A stretch of 64,000 bases of DNA from an uncultured virus (IMG/VR IMGVR_UViG_3300033388_001820). Its lineage: Duplodnaviria > Heunggongvirae > Uroviricota > Caudoviricetes. The number at the start of each line of letters is the position of its first letter. Positions within the stretch are counted from its first letter, which is position 1. The DNA lies in the IMG/VR virus record IMGVR_UViG_3300033388_001820; one strand, given 5' to 3'. Positions 33,173 to 42,595 of this stretch are shown one piece after another. A program made the position numbers and the translations under genes. Under the pieces are notes generated by a model. That model was not told where the DNA came from, did not search any database, and saw only the letters and a list, made by a program, of their open reading frames with translations.

Positions 33173-34840
33173 ATGAGCAAACCAGACGATTTCTTGGCTG
33201 ACTTCTTCGAACAAGGCAAACATGTTCGCAAGAGTGTCGACCCAACTACAAAGAACACTATCGTACATGACCGCTGGGACCGCGAGGATCTGCGGCATGT
33301 ATTGAGTGAGATTGACGCCATGCGTGTCGCTCAGGATGACCTTGAAGGCATCACTGAAACAGCGCCAGGAGCTATCGAAGACACATTCTTTGGCTTGATG
33401 AAGGCTGAGCCAGAAATGAAGGCACCGGCAGATATCCGACCTTCTTACATGGTCAACCGTACTGTGATGGACGCAGCGATGGACCTCAACGAGTTCGAAG
33501 CGCTTCGACTTTCTACTACAGGTGACATGGTTGCTGCCGGTCTGGCAGTTTCTGACATGGAACCCGAGTTGGAGAAGTTGTTCGACCAGTTGCAGGACGC
33601 TCAAGATCAGGCAAGTGCCATTCAGCAGATGATGGATGACTTGTCTGATATGGAACAAGAGCAGGACTCCGCCGACAAGATGATCGCTGACATGATCGCT
33701 GCTGGCGCTCAACCCGGCGACGAGAAGCTTGAGGACTATCAGGCACAACAGGACCGTATCCGTGAGGCTATGGACCGGTTGGAGCAGAACATCAACGAAG
33801 CTAAGTCGACGCTGGAAGGCTCTTTGAGAGACGCAGCGCCTCAGATTCAGGATCACGTTAAGAGCGCTTTAGCGGAGGCTCAAGAAGCGGCTGACTCGAT
33901 GGACAACATGTCAGCGGCATGGGGACTGGAAGCAGGTGCCATCCAGCGGCTCCCTGCCAAACGTCGTATTGAGCTTGCACAGCGCATGAAAGGCCAGGAT
34001 AAGTTCAAGAAACTGGCCCAGTTGATCGGTCCTATGCAACGACTCGCTCTTTCCGAACAGAATCGTCGCACTACATACTCTCGTGAAGAGGTGTACGATG
34101 TAGAGCTTGGCGATGATATTCTTCGTTTGCTTGCACAGGAGTACGCTCTTCTTGATGATGACCTCGCAGAACTTGACTTCTTGCGGCGTTACCAAGAACA
34201 CCAGTTGATGCAGTACAAGCTTCGTGGAGTAGAGAAGGTCGCAAGAGGCGATATCTTCTTCTGCGAGGATGGTTCTGGTTCGATGGGCGGCGACCGTGAG
34301 GTTTGGGCAAAGGCAGTCGGTCTCGCACTTCAGCAGATCGCATACAAGCAGTCACGTAGCTTCACTGGAGTTCACTTCGGTTCTGCCGACGAGTATGTCA
34401 CTTTTGAGTTCGACAAGTCAAATGGTGGCGCATGGATAGAGGGCAAGGGTGGCAGCTACGGCAACAAGCAAGAGTACCCTCGTGAATGGTACGAACGGAT
34501 CGAAGCAGTCATGTTCTTCGCTGAGTTGTTCTTCAACTCTGGCACGGACTTCGTGACGCCTCTGACTGTGTGCCTTGAGAAGTTGCAAAAGCAGTTCGCC
34601 GAGTTTGGTGCCGTCAAGGGTGACATTGTGTTTGTCACAGACGGCATGTGTGGCGTGGACGAATCATGGATGAAAGAATTCAAGGCAGAGCAGGCCCGTT
34701 TGGGCTTCCGTGTCTGGGGCATCATCATCGACGGTATGCCCGAATCACAACCACTCAACGAAATCTGCGATGGCCACGTATGGTCCATCGGTGACCTTTT
34801 GAACGGTGGAGACATATCCGACCTATTTAGGGAGATTTGA
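33173..34840 (+). CDS. vWA domain protein (ViaA-like partner of MoxR)
   Basis: MIDAS DGSGSM, GTDF, FVTDG; adjacent to MoxR. Confidence 0.9.
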   Translation: MSKPDDFLADFFEQGKHVRKSVDPTTKNTIVHDRWDREDLRHVLSEIDAMRVAQDDLEGITETAPGAIEDTFFGLMKAEPEMKAPADIRPSYMVNRTVMDAAMDLNEFEALRLSTTGDMVAAGLAVSDMEPELEKLFDQLQDAQDQASAIQQMMDDLSDMEQEQDSADKMIADMIAAGAQPGDEKLEDYQAQQDRIREAMDRLEQNINEAKSTLEGSLRDAAPQIQDHVKSALAEAQEAADSMDNMSAAWGLEAGAIQRLPAKRRIELAQRMKGQDKFKKLAQLIGPMQRLALSEQNRRTTYSREEVYDVELGDDILRLLAQEYALLDDDLAELDFLRRYQEHQLMQYKLRGVEKVARGDIFFCEDGSGSMGGDREVWAKAVGLALQQIAYKQSRSFTGVHFGSADEYVTFEFDKSNGGAWIEGKGGSYGNKQEYPREWYERIEAVMFFAELFFNSGTDFVTPLTVCLEKLQKQFAEFGAVKGDIVFVTDGMCGVDESWMKEFKAEQARLGFRVWGIIIDGMPESQPLNEICDGHVWSIGDLLNGGDISDLFREI

Positions 34841-35274
34841 TGGCAAACCGTCTTTCTAGAGACGATAAGTTAAGGGTCATCCAAGCAGTTTACAAGCGTG
34901 ACGGGCAGAGATGCTGGTATTGCGAACGCGGCCTCATGTCCTTGTCGGCAGTGGTCAAATGGAAAGGCACAAAGCCTCCCCAGAACTATCCGACGCTAGA
35001 CCACATCTTCCCCGCCACTTTGGGTGGGCCTAACAACAAAAAGAACATGCGTGTGTCCTGTCAGCGATGCAATTCTGCTAAGGCGCACAGGATCGAGGTT
35101 GCTCGCCTACCCGACGATTTGGCTTCCTGCCACAAGCTGATTCTTGACCTAGCGAACGATGTGGCTACAGCAGAAGTCAAAGTCAGAAACTACAGAGCGT
35201 CAACATCCACAATCGCACGCCGTGTGAGGGATTTGACAATCGAAATTGAAACGCTTAGAATGGAGAATTCATGA
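34837..35274 (+). CDS. HNH endonuclease
   Basis: RDGQRCWYC, TLDHIFP..LGG.N..N...CQRCNSAK. Confidence 0.88.
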   Translation: MMANRLSRDDKLRVIQAVYKRDGQRCWYCERGLMSLSAVVKWKGTKPPQNYPTLDHIFPATLGGPNNKKNMRVSCQRCNSAKAHRIEVARLPDDLASCHKLILDLANDVATAEVKVRNYRASTSTIARRVRDLTIEIETLRMENS

Positions 35275-36239
35275 GTAACGCATTTACCAACTATGTGAAG
35301 AACGTGAACGACAAGTACGACGAGAACATGTTTCTCGGGTATTTGACGTGGTACACCATTTCCAACCAAGCCCAGATCCTACATTCCGAGTTCGTGAAGA
35401 TCGTTGTCGAGAATTTGGACAATTTCGTGGATATTCGGCTTCCACCGGCCCCACGCCAGGTCGACGTTTTCAAACGAGCTTGCACAGAGAACCAAAAGCG
35501 CAATCAGCCCGCTACGGACGACGATCACACTTCGACCGAATACATGATTCGGGACGTATCGGCCAATTCGACCGAAATCGTCCGAATTCTCGTTCGTGAG
35601 TCCAGAGACTCAGAAGGCGAAACGTTGGATTACGACGAATTGGTCAAATTGCGCTTTCTGCGCAAATCCGAGAAAGTCGTCATTGAGGCGATTGAACCAA
35701 TGTGGGTTAAGGACATCATAGCGGTCCAGATCGTAGATGACGTAAAAGCGTACTTTGACTCCCAAACCGGGATTCTTACCGCTTTCGCAATTCGCAAATA
35801 CATCCGAGATTTGATCCATGCCGAAGTTTACGGCATTTCGGTCAAAGACTCAGGTGGCGTCTATTTCGTCGGATCGAAATATGCCAACATTGTCGCTATT
35901 CTCTGCGGTATCATTGACGGCCTAAACGGCTCATCCTTCCAGATGGTCCCGATCGTGGATGACAGTAAACAACGCGAAATGCTCAAAGCGGCATTTGAGG
36001 AAGATTCGATCGGTGAGATCGACAAGCTAATCGGCAAGATGACCGAAATTCTCCAGGCAGGCGAAAAGCAGAAATTGACTGTCGATGCCTACACCACGTT
36101 CAAGGCGTCATTTGACGTGATCAAGAATAGGGTGCTAGAGTACAGCGACCTGCTGGACGAGGCAATGGAAACTACAGCTTCACGGCTGGAAATCGCAGAT
36201 GAGATCATGTTCGACCTCATCGGAAAGATCAAAACATGA
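35271..36239 (+). CDS. Hypothetical protein (DUF6744-like)
   Basis: GYLTWYTI, DVFKRAC, GGVYFV motifs; family name is from recollection only. Confidence 0.55.
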   Translation: MSNAFTNYVKNVNDKYDENMFLGYLTWYTISNQAQILHSEFVKIVVENLDNFVDIRLPPAPRQVDVFKRACTENQKRNQPATDDDHTSTEYMIRDVSANSTEIVRILVRESRDSEGETLDYDELVKLRFLRKSEKVVIEAIEPMWVKDIIAVQIVDDVKAYFDSQTGILTAFAIRKYIRDLIHAEVYGISVKDSGGVYFVGSKYANIVAILCGIIDGLNGSSFQMVPIVDDSKQREMLKAAFEEDSIGEIDKLIGKMTEILQAGEKQKLTVDAYTTFKASFDVIKNRVLEYSDLLDEAMETTASRLEIADEIMFDLIGKIKT

Positions 36240-37798
36240 ACGATGAACCGATGATCGCAAAGTTCAAATGCGAGTTATGTGATCTCGTCTTCTTTGAAGA
36301 GTACGGTCGAGAGCAACACATTTGCTTTGGAACCGATGACGTTTGCGAACACGGCGCCCTCGTTGATGTCCCCGGCATCCAGTGTGACAAGTGCGAGATC
36401 GTGCGGCTACGGGAGGCGCTGGGCGAGATCGAGGTCATGTGTTCATGGGGCCATTCACGTGGAAACATCCGTATGGTGGCAGAAAAGGCCCGACTCGGAA
36501 TGCAGTCATCAACCAAGGAGCAAACATGAAAAAGAAAGCCACCAACAAAGCAATTTCAGTCATGACCAAAATGGAAGACATGGCCGGAGTCAACGATCCC
36601 GAATTTCAAACCTTCATGAAAGTCTACTGGCAAGTCCTACTCAACCTGGCTTTCATCGGCCTATATGCCTTTATGGCAGGAGGACTCATACTTGCAGTGT
36701 TCGGCTGGAACCTAAGTTTGATGTTCGGATGGGTCGCTCTAGCAGGTATCGTATCTGCCGGTGTCGTATGGCATCGCTGGTACTACGACCAGTGGCCTTG
36801 GGACTTGGGATTTGATTAACTTCAATATGCGAGATTTTTTCATCTCGTATTGACTAATACGATCAGAAAACGAAAGGAAAATTGCTATGAATGACGACGA
36901 TGATCTCTTTACACAGCTAGAAGACTGCTTTGCTACAGTCGACGCCGAAGGAGTCAGGTCCGTCAAGGACATGAGCGAATGGGAACTACGTGACCGACTC
37001 ATAGAAATAGAAGGAGAGCTAGCAAGCATTGGGCAGTTGTTGTGGCAACACTCGCAACACGCACGAGACTTGCACAGTGAACGCGTTGCGGTCAAGGTTG
37101 ACCTCAAACGTAGAGAAGACGAACGATAAGGGACAGGTATGTACGACAAAGACTTCGAACTAAATGACAGCGACGAAGAAACGTTCAAGATGCACGTCAA
37201 CAACGACGTGAGAAATCAGGCATCAGTAGAGATCAGCGGGTCACTACGTTCTTCTGTCTGTGTAGGCCGATGGTATCGGACGTTGGTGAGCATGAAACGC
37301 AACGCCGAACTACAAGTCACGCTTGACAAGATCGACAGATCCGAACGTAAACTCAACCACGAAACCAACCCTACGGACAATGGGCGGCTGATGTGGTTGG
37401 AGTACGTTTTAGAAAGGGACAAGTGGGCGGCAGGTAATGCCCGATTCAAGGCCGGTGTTGAGGACAAGATTGACGAAGCAAAATCGATCCGCGACCAGGC
37501 ACCAACAAAAGTGATAATGACGACCGCCATGCCTGCAAGAATCAAGACACTAGAAGAGGCCATCACAGCGCATCGCACAGAAATGTGGAGCGAAGCATCA
37601 AAGGCAGACACAACGCTTTGGGCGGTACTTTCATGAGTGCCGAAGAACCAATCCGTAACAACGCCATTGAACAAGCGATCGCTGAACTTGTGCAGGCTCA
37701 CCGAACAGAGTTCGAAGGGCTAATATCAAACGCTTGCACGGAACGCGGTCTGCGTTACGACAGCGGGTGGCTCGACAGATACTACAGAGGAATGTAAA

Positions 37799-38350
37799 GT
37801 GAGAAACACAGAAGTCAAAATAGGATTTGCAATAGTCTTTCTACTGCTCTTGTTCCTAGCGTTCCGACCCGGTAACGTTGAAAGCGAAGAGGTATCAGTA
37901 GCAGCAACTACGACTACTTCTATTCCCATAGAGACGACGACAACGACGACAACGACGACAACGACCACTACACTGGTCGATTGGGACATAGCACTAGCTG
38001 CCGTAGCAGAGAACTACGTTACGACCACGACAACTACAGCCCGTCCTTACGTAGCACCACCAGCACCAGCAGTTCAAACCGGACCTCCCACAGCAACACA
38101 ATGGGAAGCCCTACGGTTCTGCGAAGCGACAGGCAACTACCAAGCCGTCAACCCCAGCGGGAAATATCGAGGCGCTTACCAGTTCGATCAGCGCACGTGG
38201 AATAGCGTCGCTCCTGCCGAGTACGTTGGAGTAGATCCAGCAGCAGCACCGCCTGCCGTTCAAGATCAGGCGGCTCTTGCCTTGTGGAATTCACGAGGCT
38301 GGCAGCCTTGGCCTCATTGTGGTGTGAGGGTGGCAGCTTACGCCTCTTAG
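37799..38350 (+). CDS. Secreted resuscitation-promoting-factor (Rpf)-like transglycosylase
   Basis: Signal/TM segment, poly-Thr linker, WEALRFCEATGNY..N..GKYRGAYQFDQRTW...A....QD..A..L....GWQPWPHC. Confidence 0.9.
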   Translation: MRNTEVKIGFAIVFLLLLFLAFRPGNVESEEVSVAATTTTSIPIETTTTTTTTTTTTTLVDWDIALAAVAENYVTTTTTTARPYVAPPAPAVQTGPPTATQWEALRFCEATGNYQAVNPSGKYRGAYQFDQRTWNSVAPAEYVGVDPAAAPPAVQDQAALALWNSRGWQPWPHCGVRVAAYAS

Positions 38351-38353
38351 CCA

Positions 38354-38382
38354 TTGACAAACCATAGTTGATCTGCTAACAT
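38354..38382 (+). promoter_or_regulatory. SigA-type promoter
   Basis: TTGACA-N17-TAACAT with extended TG. Confidence 0.6.
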
Positions 38383-38434
38383 TTACGTAGTGGACACCCC
38401 AATGGAATCCATAATTCTAAGGAGAGAATACCTG

Positions 38435-39205
38435 ATGAAGCGCATTTTACACATTATCGGCGTCGTGCTCGTAGCAGTCACCTTGACTGCACTGGTAGCG
38501 ACCCCGGCCAGTGGCTCGCATGATGAGAATCAAGCAAGTCATTGGAAAGCAATATATGAAGCAGAGACTGGAGATGCAGCACAGTGCTTCAAGCATGAGG
38601 CTGGATCACAAACTGTTCATGGCAGTAGCTCTGGGTCCACGGTAACCTTAAATGTTCATCAATCATCGTGGTTTGGTGATGGTTGGGGACTTCTTGTCAT
38701 CAAGGCAGGTAGCATCAATTCGCTTCCCGCTGGAGTAGATCCGAACAGAGTGATATGGTTCCCGTCAGCGGGCGTTGCATACTCGGCTCCAGGCGATAAG
38801 AATGTGTCTCATTGGATAGTGTGCAAGGCCGAAATTACGACCACAACCACAACCACAGTTCCTACGACCACGGTCACAGTTCCTACGACCACGGTCACGG
38901 AGCCTCCTACGACAACCACGGAGCCTCCTACGACAACCACGGAGCCTCCTACGACAACCACGGAGCCTCCTACGACAACCACGGAGCCTCCTACGACAAC
39001 AACAGAGCCACCCGTGACCACGACAACTATCGTGACCACAACCACGGTTCCTACAACCACAGTCGTACCTACAACCACGTCGACTCGTGTGTCGCCTAAG
39101 TGCTTGAACCCAGACGAACCAGATCCACGAGGACCGCAAGATCCTAACGACCCCATAGCCAGACCAGCAATCCCCAGGTGTGGCACACCGACCTTCACGG
39201 GCTAA
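38435..39205 (+). CDS. Secreted Thr-rich protein with C-terminal CGTPTFTG; internal 21-bp tandem repeats (EPPTTTT)
   Basis: Signal peptide; CACGGAGCCTCCTACGACAAC repeated about 5 times near 38896-39000; paralog of 10213-10899. Confidence 0.85.
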   Translation: MKRILHIIGVVLVAVTLTALVATPASGSHDENQASHWKAIYEAETGDAAQCFKHEAGSQTVHGSSSGSTVTLNVHQSSWFGDGWGLLVIKAGSINSLPAGVDPNRVIWFPSAGVAYSAPGDKNVSHWIVCKAEITTTTTTTVPTTTVTVPTTTVTEPPTTTTEPPTTTTEPPTTTTEPPTTTTEPPTTTTEPPVTTTTIVTTTTVPTTTVVPTTTSTRVSPKCLNPDEPDPRGPQDPNDPIARPAIPRCGTPTFTG

Positions 39206-39291
39206 GATTTCTGTGGAAGGATGATGGAACGGTTCGTCACTTTGGTGGCGGGCCGTTTCCTCATCAAAGAGTGTCCCAAAAGGATGGACAG

Positions 39292-39954
39292 ATGTTGAAA
39301 AAGATATACAAGACAGGTGTAGCACACCCCGCAGTGTTCTCTGATGTACTCATGCCAATCATCGCAGGGTCATTGAAAGACACACACCGAGAGGTGCTAG
39401 ACCCCTTCGCTGGCGTAGGAAAAGTTCATGAGCTAAGAGACTTGGTGGACTGGGAGATGCACACCGTAGGGATAGAGATTGAACCCGAGTGGGCAACCAT
39501 CCATCCCGACACTTTCATTGGTGATGCTCACGACTTGCCGTTCAGAGACAGAGAATTCGATGCAGTAGTCACGTCACCATGCTACGGCAACAGGTTTGCA
39601 GACTCCCACGACGCGAAAGACGGCAGCGTTAGACGCTCCTACACTCACGACATAGGCCGCAAGCTGCACGCAAACAACAGTGGACACATGCAGTGGGGTG
39701 ACAAGTACCGAGAATTCCACGAGCAGGCATGGGCTGAGATCGTTAGAGTCCTTGACGACCGACTCGTGCTGAATATCTCTGACCATATTCGCAACGGCGA
39801 ACGACAGTACGTATCTATGTGGCACACCAACGTGCTCGCCAACCTTGGACTCACACTCAAGCAACAGACGCCCGTGCAGACAAGACGAATGAAAGCCGGA
39901 GCTAACAGTCAGCAGCGTGTGGACCACGAGCTAGTGATGGTGTTTGACAGGTGA
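39292..39954 (+). CDS. SAM-dependent (probably amino-DNA) methyltransferase
   Basis: VLDPFAGVG (motif I), IEIE, VVTSPCY (SPPY-like motif IV). Confidence 0.78.
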   Translation: MLKKIYKTGVAHPAVFSDVLMPIIAGSLKDTHREVLDPFAGVGKVHELRDLVDWEMHTVGIEIEPEWATIHPDTFIGDAHDLPFRDREFDAVVTSPCYGNRFADSHDAKDGSVRRSYTHDIGRKLHANNSGHMQWGDKYREFHEQAWAEIVRVLDDRLVLNISDHIRNGERQYVSMWHTNVLANLGLTLKQQTPVQTRRMKAGANSQQRVDHELVMVFDR

Positions 39955-40450
39955 AGACGAAACACACACAGACACAGCAAGGCAAGAACATTTGCCCTTC
40001 CAGACCTGGAATACTGCCTCATAAGTGGACGTCTATGCGCCGAATCGGTGATGGTCCGTGGGTACTCAACTGTTGCTGGTGTGGTAGACTTCATCCCAAG
40101 AAGAAGATCGGAGTACCGAGGTTGATATGAGTTTATTCGATACAGAAGAAGTGTTACGTAGAACCAACGCAGGAATCATGCAATCATACGCTGCGTCTCC
40201 TGCTGATTGGAAGAACCTGGCATACAAACAGGTTCTACATCTTGCTCGCACGACACCCGAGTTCACAACAGACGAAGTAATCGAACTGCTAGAGCAGAAC
40301 GGTGCTGATCTAACGAATTTGATGGCTTTGGGTCACGTAATGAAGACGGCTGCCAGCAAGGGAGTCGTTCAGAACAGTGGGAGAAGACAGAAGACAAAGA
40401 TCCCTAGACGACACCGTGAGTTGACGGTGTGGACAAGTCTATTATTTCAT

Positions 40451-40550
40451 GGGGCGTAAATGGGAGTTGCAGGTTCAATTCCTGCGTTCCGGTGGTCCGG
40501 TTAAAAGGTTAGCTACCGCTCGGCAAGTTCGATTCTTGTCCGCTCCACCA
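40451..40550 (+). ncRNA. tRNA-like RNA with G3-U70 acceptor stem, T-arm and ACCA end but no canonical D/anticodon arms
   Basis: GGGGCG.../...CGCTCC-ACCA; GGCAAG-TTCGATT-CTTGTC; second T-like hairpin GCAGG-TTCAATT-CCTGC. Confidence 0.5.
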
Positions 40551-40552
40551 TT

Positions 40553-41119
40553 ATGAACATTACATCTTCCAACATCATTGACGGTGTTTACATCGTTGAA
40601 CCAACGAAACACAGCGACGAACGAGGGTACTTCATTGAAACGTACCGTCGTTCATGGTTCCCCGGCCAACGAGAAATGATCCAAAGCAACCGAGGCGACC
40701 GACAAGGTGGTTCGATTGTAGGGCTGCACTACCACCTACATCAGAGCGACTACTGGTATTTGCCCTACGGTAAAGCCCGCGTCGTTCTTCATGATCTACG
40801 TGAGGGAGGACCCACTGATGGAGCCACGCTCACCTACGAGCTAGGAACACAGGACGACGGCGAACACTGCCACCACGGCCTATACATCCCTCCTGGGGTC
40901 GCTCACGGCTTTGCAGCACTGACTGACTGCACCCTCACGTATCTCGTTGATGCCTACTACAATCCGGCCGATGAACTAGGTGTCGTGTGGGATGACCCCG
41001 AAGTCAACGCCGACTGGGGTTTGACTGACCCAATCCTTTCTGATCGTGACGCTGCTAACCCACTCAGAGCAGACCTCCCCGCAAACCGTCGACCACACCT
41101 CTCACTGCGGACAACATGA
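40553..41119 (+). CDS. rmlC: dTDP-4-dehydrorhamnose 3,5-epimerase family
   Basis: DERGYFIETY, GLHYH, DLR.G.PT, LYIPPGVAHGF, WDDP. Confidence 0.92.
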   Translation: MNITSSNIIDGVYIVEPTKHSDERGYFIETYRRSWFPGQREMIQSNRGDRQGGSIVGLHYHLHQSDYWYLPYGKARVVLHDLREGGPTDGATLTYELGTQDDGEHCHHGLYIPPGVAHGFAALTDCTLTYLVDAYYNPADELGVVWDDPEVNADWGLTDPILSDRDAANPLRADLPANRRPHLSLRTT

Positions 41120-41363
41120 TGAGAACAAGAGAACAAGTAGAAGCTTGGACAGCCGAGTGGATCAAAACCAACACGGAGAGCGATTGGCAAGACGCTGTGC
41201 ATGATCCGACGCACCGTGATCACGAGCGCTGCAAGGCAGAGTATGACGCCATCGTTGAACGCGCTTGGCAACATGAACAAGCGTGTTGAAGTAAGGGACG
41301 CCCCCGACAGTTTGTCGGAATCACTAAGTTACCCCCACCTAAGCACCGATGGGGTGTGGTACA

Positions 41364-41732
41364 ATGACTAACATGACCAATTAGGTAAACCCAACCCCGG
41401 ACAAGCTGTACATCGCTGTCCGTTCTGACATAGCTCCTGGCCTCCAGATTGCGCAAGCGGTTCACGCTGCTGTGATGATCTGCCATGAGGACCCAGAAGC
41501 AATCAAGAAGTGGCACGACGAATCCAATTACGTCGTCGTTGTCTCCGTACCCGATGAGGATTCGCTTCTAGCGTTGGCAGATCATGCCTGCTGGAAGAAC
41601 GACGTTCCTTGTTGGGTGTTTGTCGAGCCTGATCTCGGCAACCAGCACACGGCTTTGGCTTTGCGCCCTGGCCCTGATGCTGGTAGTATTTGCGGATCGC
41701 TTCCTCTTGCAATGAAGGAGGTAAGCGTGTAA
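41364..41732 (+). CDS. Peptidyl-tRNA hydrolase 2-like protein with in-frame TAG at 41382-41384
   Basis: M-T-N-M-T-N-(TAG)-VNPTPD-KLYIAVRSDIAPGLQIAQAVHAA...VVVSV..E..L...FVEPDLGNQHTALAL. Confidence 0.8.
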
Positions 41733-41773
41733 GATCATGACCGGGTAGGGGTCAAAGCCTACTCGGTCACCAA

Positions 41774-41847
41774 CCCCTGGTAGCTCAATGACAGAGCAGC
41801 CGCCTCTAAAGCGGAAGACGGTGGATCGTAACCACCACAGGGGGCCA
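41774..41847 (+). tRNA. tRNA with CTA anticodon (amber suppressor; atypical D and T loops)
   Basis: Cloverleaf; loop CTCTAAA; T-loop ATCGTAA; G73-CCA. Confidence 0.75.
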
Positions 41848-41848
41848 A

Positions 41849-41925
41849 GCGCCCGTAGCTCAACTGGCAGAGCGGCGGCTTCTAAACCCGATCGGTTGTG
41901 GGTTCAAATCTCACCGGGCGCTCCA
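41849..41925 (+). tRNA. Second tRNA with CTA anticodon
   Basis: GCGGC-TTCTAAA-CCCGA arm, nearly identical to the tRNA-Trp arm GCGGC-TTCCAAA-CCCGC at 42882; TCCA end. Confidence 0.7.
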
Positions 41926-41946
41926 TTCTAAACCTTGACTACCCGG

Positions 41947-41975
41947 TTGACAACCGTCGAAGCTAGTGATATAGT
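41947..41975 (+). promoter_or_regulatory. SigA-type promoter
   Basis: TTGACA-N17-TATAGT with extended TG. Confidence 0.75.
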
Positions 41976-42012
41976 TTACAGTGTAAGCTAGACAGACAAC
42001 AACCGAGAGGTA

Positions 42013-42513
42013 ATGATGAGTGTAAAATTTGTGTTTGTTGCAGCACTGATGGCGGGTGCTCTATTGCTAACTGCATGTGGCAGTGACAGTGGAGTTGAAG
42101 CTGGTCCAGTGTTGTTCGATGTGGAACTGATTGAAGTCAAGGGTGCAACGGATGGAATTTCCGCACCTGATGTCGATCCGACAGGACTTTCGTTGGGCTA
42201 CGGCTACAAGGCTCCGGGCGACTACGACCCCGAGAATCCTGACAAGTTCCAGGTAGCCACATACATGTTCGCGCCGGGCGCAATGACTGTTGCACAGGGT
42301 GACGACGTAACACTTCGCATGTTCGGAGTGAACGGTGATGAGCACGAGATTCTCGTGACAGCGCCGGACGGTACGACCTCCGTGGACAACTTCGTGGTAA
42401 ACAGGGGACGAGAAGTGTCAGTGAACTTTGATGCTGATCAGACCGGTCATTACAAGGTGATCTGTCTGACACACGGCCCGACCATGACAGCCGACATCTT
42501 CTCAACCGGCTGA
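42013..42513 (+). CDS. Lipoprotein with cupredoxin-like domain
   Basis: Lipobox LTAC; N.DEH, GHYKVICLTH..M copper-ligand pattern. Confidence 0.75.
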   Translation: MMSVKFVFVAALMAGALLLTACGSDSGVEAGPVLFDVELIEVKGATDGISAPDVDPTGLSLGYGYKAPGDYDPENPDKFQVATYMFAPGAMTVAQGDDVTLRMFGVNGDEHEILVTAPDGTTSVDNFVVNRGREVSVNFDADQTGHYKVICLTHGPTMTADIFSTG

Positions 42514-42533
42514 AAGTAAACGAGAACGAAGAT

Positions 42534-42564
42534 GCCCCCTGGCTTTACGGCTGGGGGGCTTTCT
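42534..42564 (+). terminator. Rho-independent terminator
   Basis: GCCCCCTGGC-TTTACG-GCTGGGGGGC followed by TTTCT. Confidence 0.65.
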
Positions 42565-42595
42565 CGCGTAAATCAAACAAAATCTCAATTACCCC

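Noticed and set aside
31956..33856. Long minus-strand ORFs (31956-32870, 33110-33856; likewise 1542-2477)
   Set aside because: Antisense shadows of well-supported + strand genes in GC3-rich DNA.
40451..40550. tmRNA (ssrA)
   Set aside because: The ends resemble tmRNA, but it is too short and has no tag reading frame or pseudoknot region.
41849..41925. Reading this tRNA as Arg(TCT)
   Set aside because: That register gives a worse anticodon stem, it lacks A20, and a canonical Arg(TCT) exists at 61014.
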